From Rhodospirillales bacterium (GTDB taxonomy: Bacteria > Pseudomonadota > Alphaproteobacteria > TMED109), in NCBI GenBank assembly GCA_009839325.1, contig VXPW01000022.1, positions 28,038-92,037 on the forward strand: 64,000 bases of DNA. Reading direction: 5' to 3'. Below the pieces are notes generated by a model that had not been told where the DNA came from, searched no databases, and saw only the letters and a program-made list of their open reading frames with translations. Shown here piece after piece: positions 63,312 through 64,000 of this stretch. The position numbers were made by a program, and so were the translations under genes. Position 1 is the first letter of the stretch. Each line of letters opens with the position of its first letter.

Positions 63312-64000
63312 CTAGGGCGCTATGCGCAACACGGTCGCGTCCAAGCCCGCCCGCGCCAGCACCAGCATCAAGGCCAGGCCCAGGAACCACGGATAGACGT
63401 CGACGCGCCGCTGGTAGTGACGGGCGACGTTTCGACCCTTTTCCAACTGGTCGATCTCTTCATAGACCGCTCGGAGGCCCTCGGCGTCGGTCGCCCGGAA
63501 GTAGCGTCCTCCCGTCGCCTCGGCCACCCTGGTGAGCGTGAACTCGTCGATGAACACCTGCACCATCCGAATGTCGGAACTCCCGGGACGCGCGGGCATC
63601 GCGACCCGCCCTCGACTTCCCGCACCGATCGCGTAGATGCGGACCCCCAGCGCCCGCGCCGCCTCGGCGGCCACCAGCGGCTCCACGGTCCCGGCGTTGT
63701 GGCTGCCATCGGTCAGCAAGATGAGGACGGGACTTGCATGCTCTCCCCCGGTCAGGGAATCGAGACCAGCCAGGATCGCGTCGCCAATCGCCGTACCGTC
63801 CTCTTCCGGCAGCTCCACCGGGCGAAGCGAAGCGCTCAGCTGCAACAACGCCTCATGGTCAAGCGTCAGCGGTGTCAGGGTGTCCGCGTAGCGACCGAAC
63901 GTCACCAGCGAAACCAGATCGGAGCCCCGACCCGGCAGGTTGTCGCCAACGCCGGCAATGAAATCCCGAAACGTTTCCTTGACAACCTCCAACCGGTTTC
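63312..64000 (-). CDS. von Willebrand factor A domain membrane protein (BatA-like); 5' end beyond the window
   Basis: ORF 63312..63992(-) remains open to the window edge. Contains LVTFGRYADTLTPLT, TAIGDAI, LILLTDGSHNAG and a C-terminal TM helix (VYPWFLGLALMLVLA). Confidence 0.8.
   Translation of the reverse strand, partial: NRLEVVKETFRDFIAGVGDNLPGRGSDLVSLVTFGRYADTLTPLTLDHEALLQLSASLRPVELPEEDGTAIGDAILAGLDSLTGGEHASPVLILLTDGSHNAGTVEPLVAAEAARALGVRIYAIGAGSRGRVAMPARPGSSDIRMVQVFIDEFTLTRVAEATGGRYFRATDAEGLRAVYEEIDQLEKGRNVARHYQRRVDVYPWFLGLALMLVLARAGLDATVLRIAP

Overview
This is a GC-rich chromosomal segment with strong G/C bias at third codon positions. Gene content and synteny fit an alphaproteobacterium (split pntAA/pntAB/pntB, pal-cpoB-tilS-ftsH-folP order); this is inference, as no search was possible.

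- **1-17.2 kb, minus strand:** a complete, colinear dcw cluster (mraZ-rsmH-ftsL-ftsI-murE-murF-mraY-murD-ftsW-murG-murC-murB-ddl-ftsQ-ftsA-ftsZ). ftsZ runs off the left edge. The genes are mostly joined by 1-4 nt start/stop overlaps. A near-consensus sigma70-type promoter and phased CCCAT repeats lie upstream of mraZ.
- **17.3-17.7 kb:** a type-A RNase P RNA (rnpB), which the ORF track covers with spurious ORFs.
- **17.8-53 kb:** mainly housekeeping genes: djlA plus a peptidoglycan amidase, 5-oxoprolinase, mlaA, acyl-CoA enzymes, an MlaC-like protein, a DASS symporter, pntAA/AB/B, gloB, efp, suhB, pccBA, a PhyH-family dioxygenase, pal-cpoB-tilS-ftsH-folP, an enolase-superfamily enzyme, glmM and thiD.
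- **53-64 kb:** more accessory-looking. It holds an orphan STAS protein, a TAT-dependent two-subunit GMC dehydrogenase, an FAD oxidase, a DUF4389-like fusion, a divergent PQQ dehydrogenase with a cytochrome c and a small unknown periplasmic protein, and a Bat-like VWA/VWA/TPR cluster.

The most unusual locus is 34768-38727. It is an orphan two-gene MotA/ExbB-type channel plus MotB/OmpA-type anchor pair. The channel subunit carries a roughly 190-residue cytoplasmic tail. The anchor subunit carries at least 22 perfectly in-register 28-residue (84-bp) coiled-coil repeats. No flagellar, Tol, TonB or Zorya partner genes are adjacent.

I saw no tRNA, rRNA, CRISPR array, transposase or integrase. All product calls rest on motifs read by eye in the supplied translations. 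Start codons are often uncertain, and no database search was possible.
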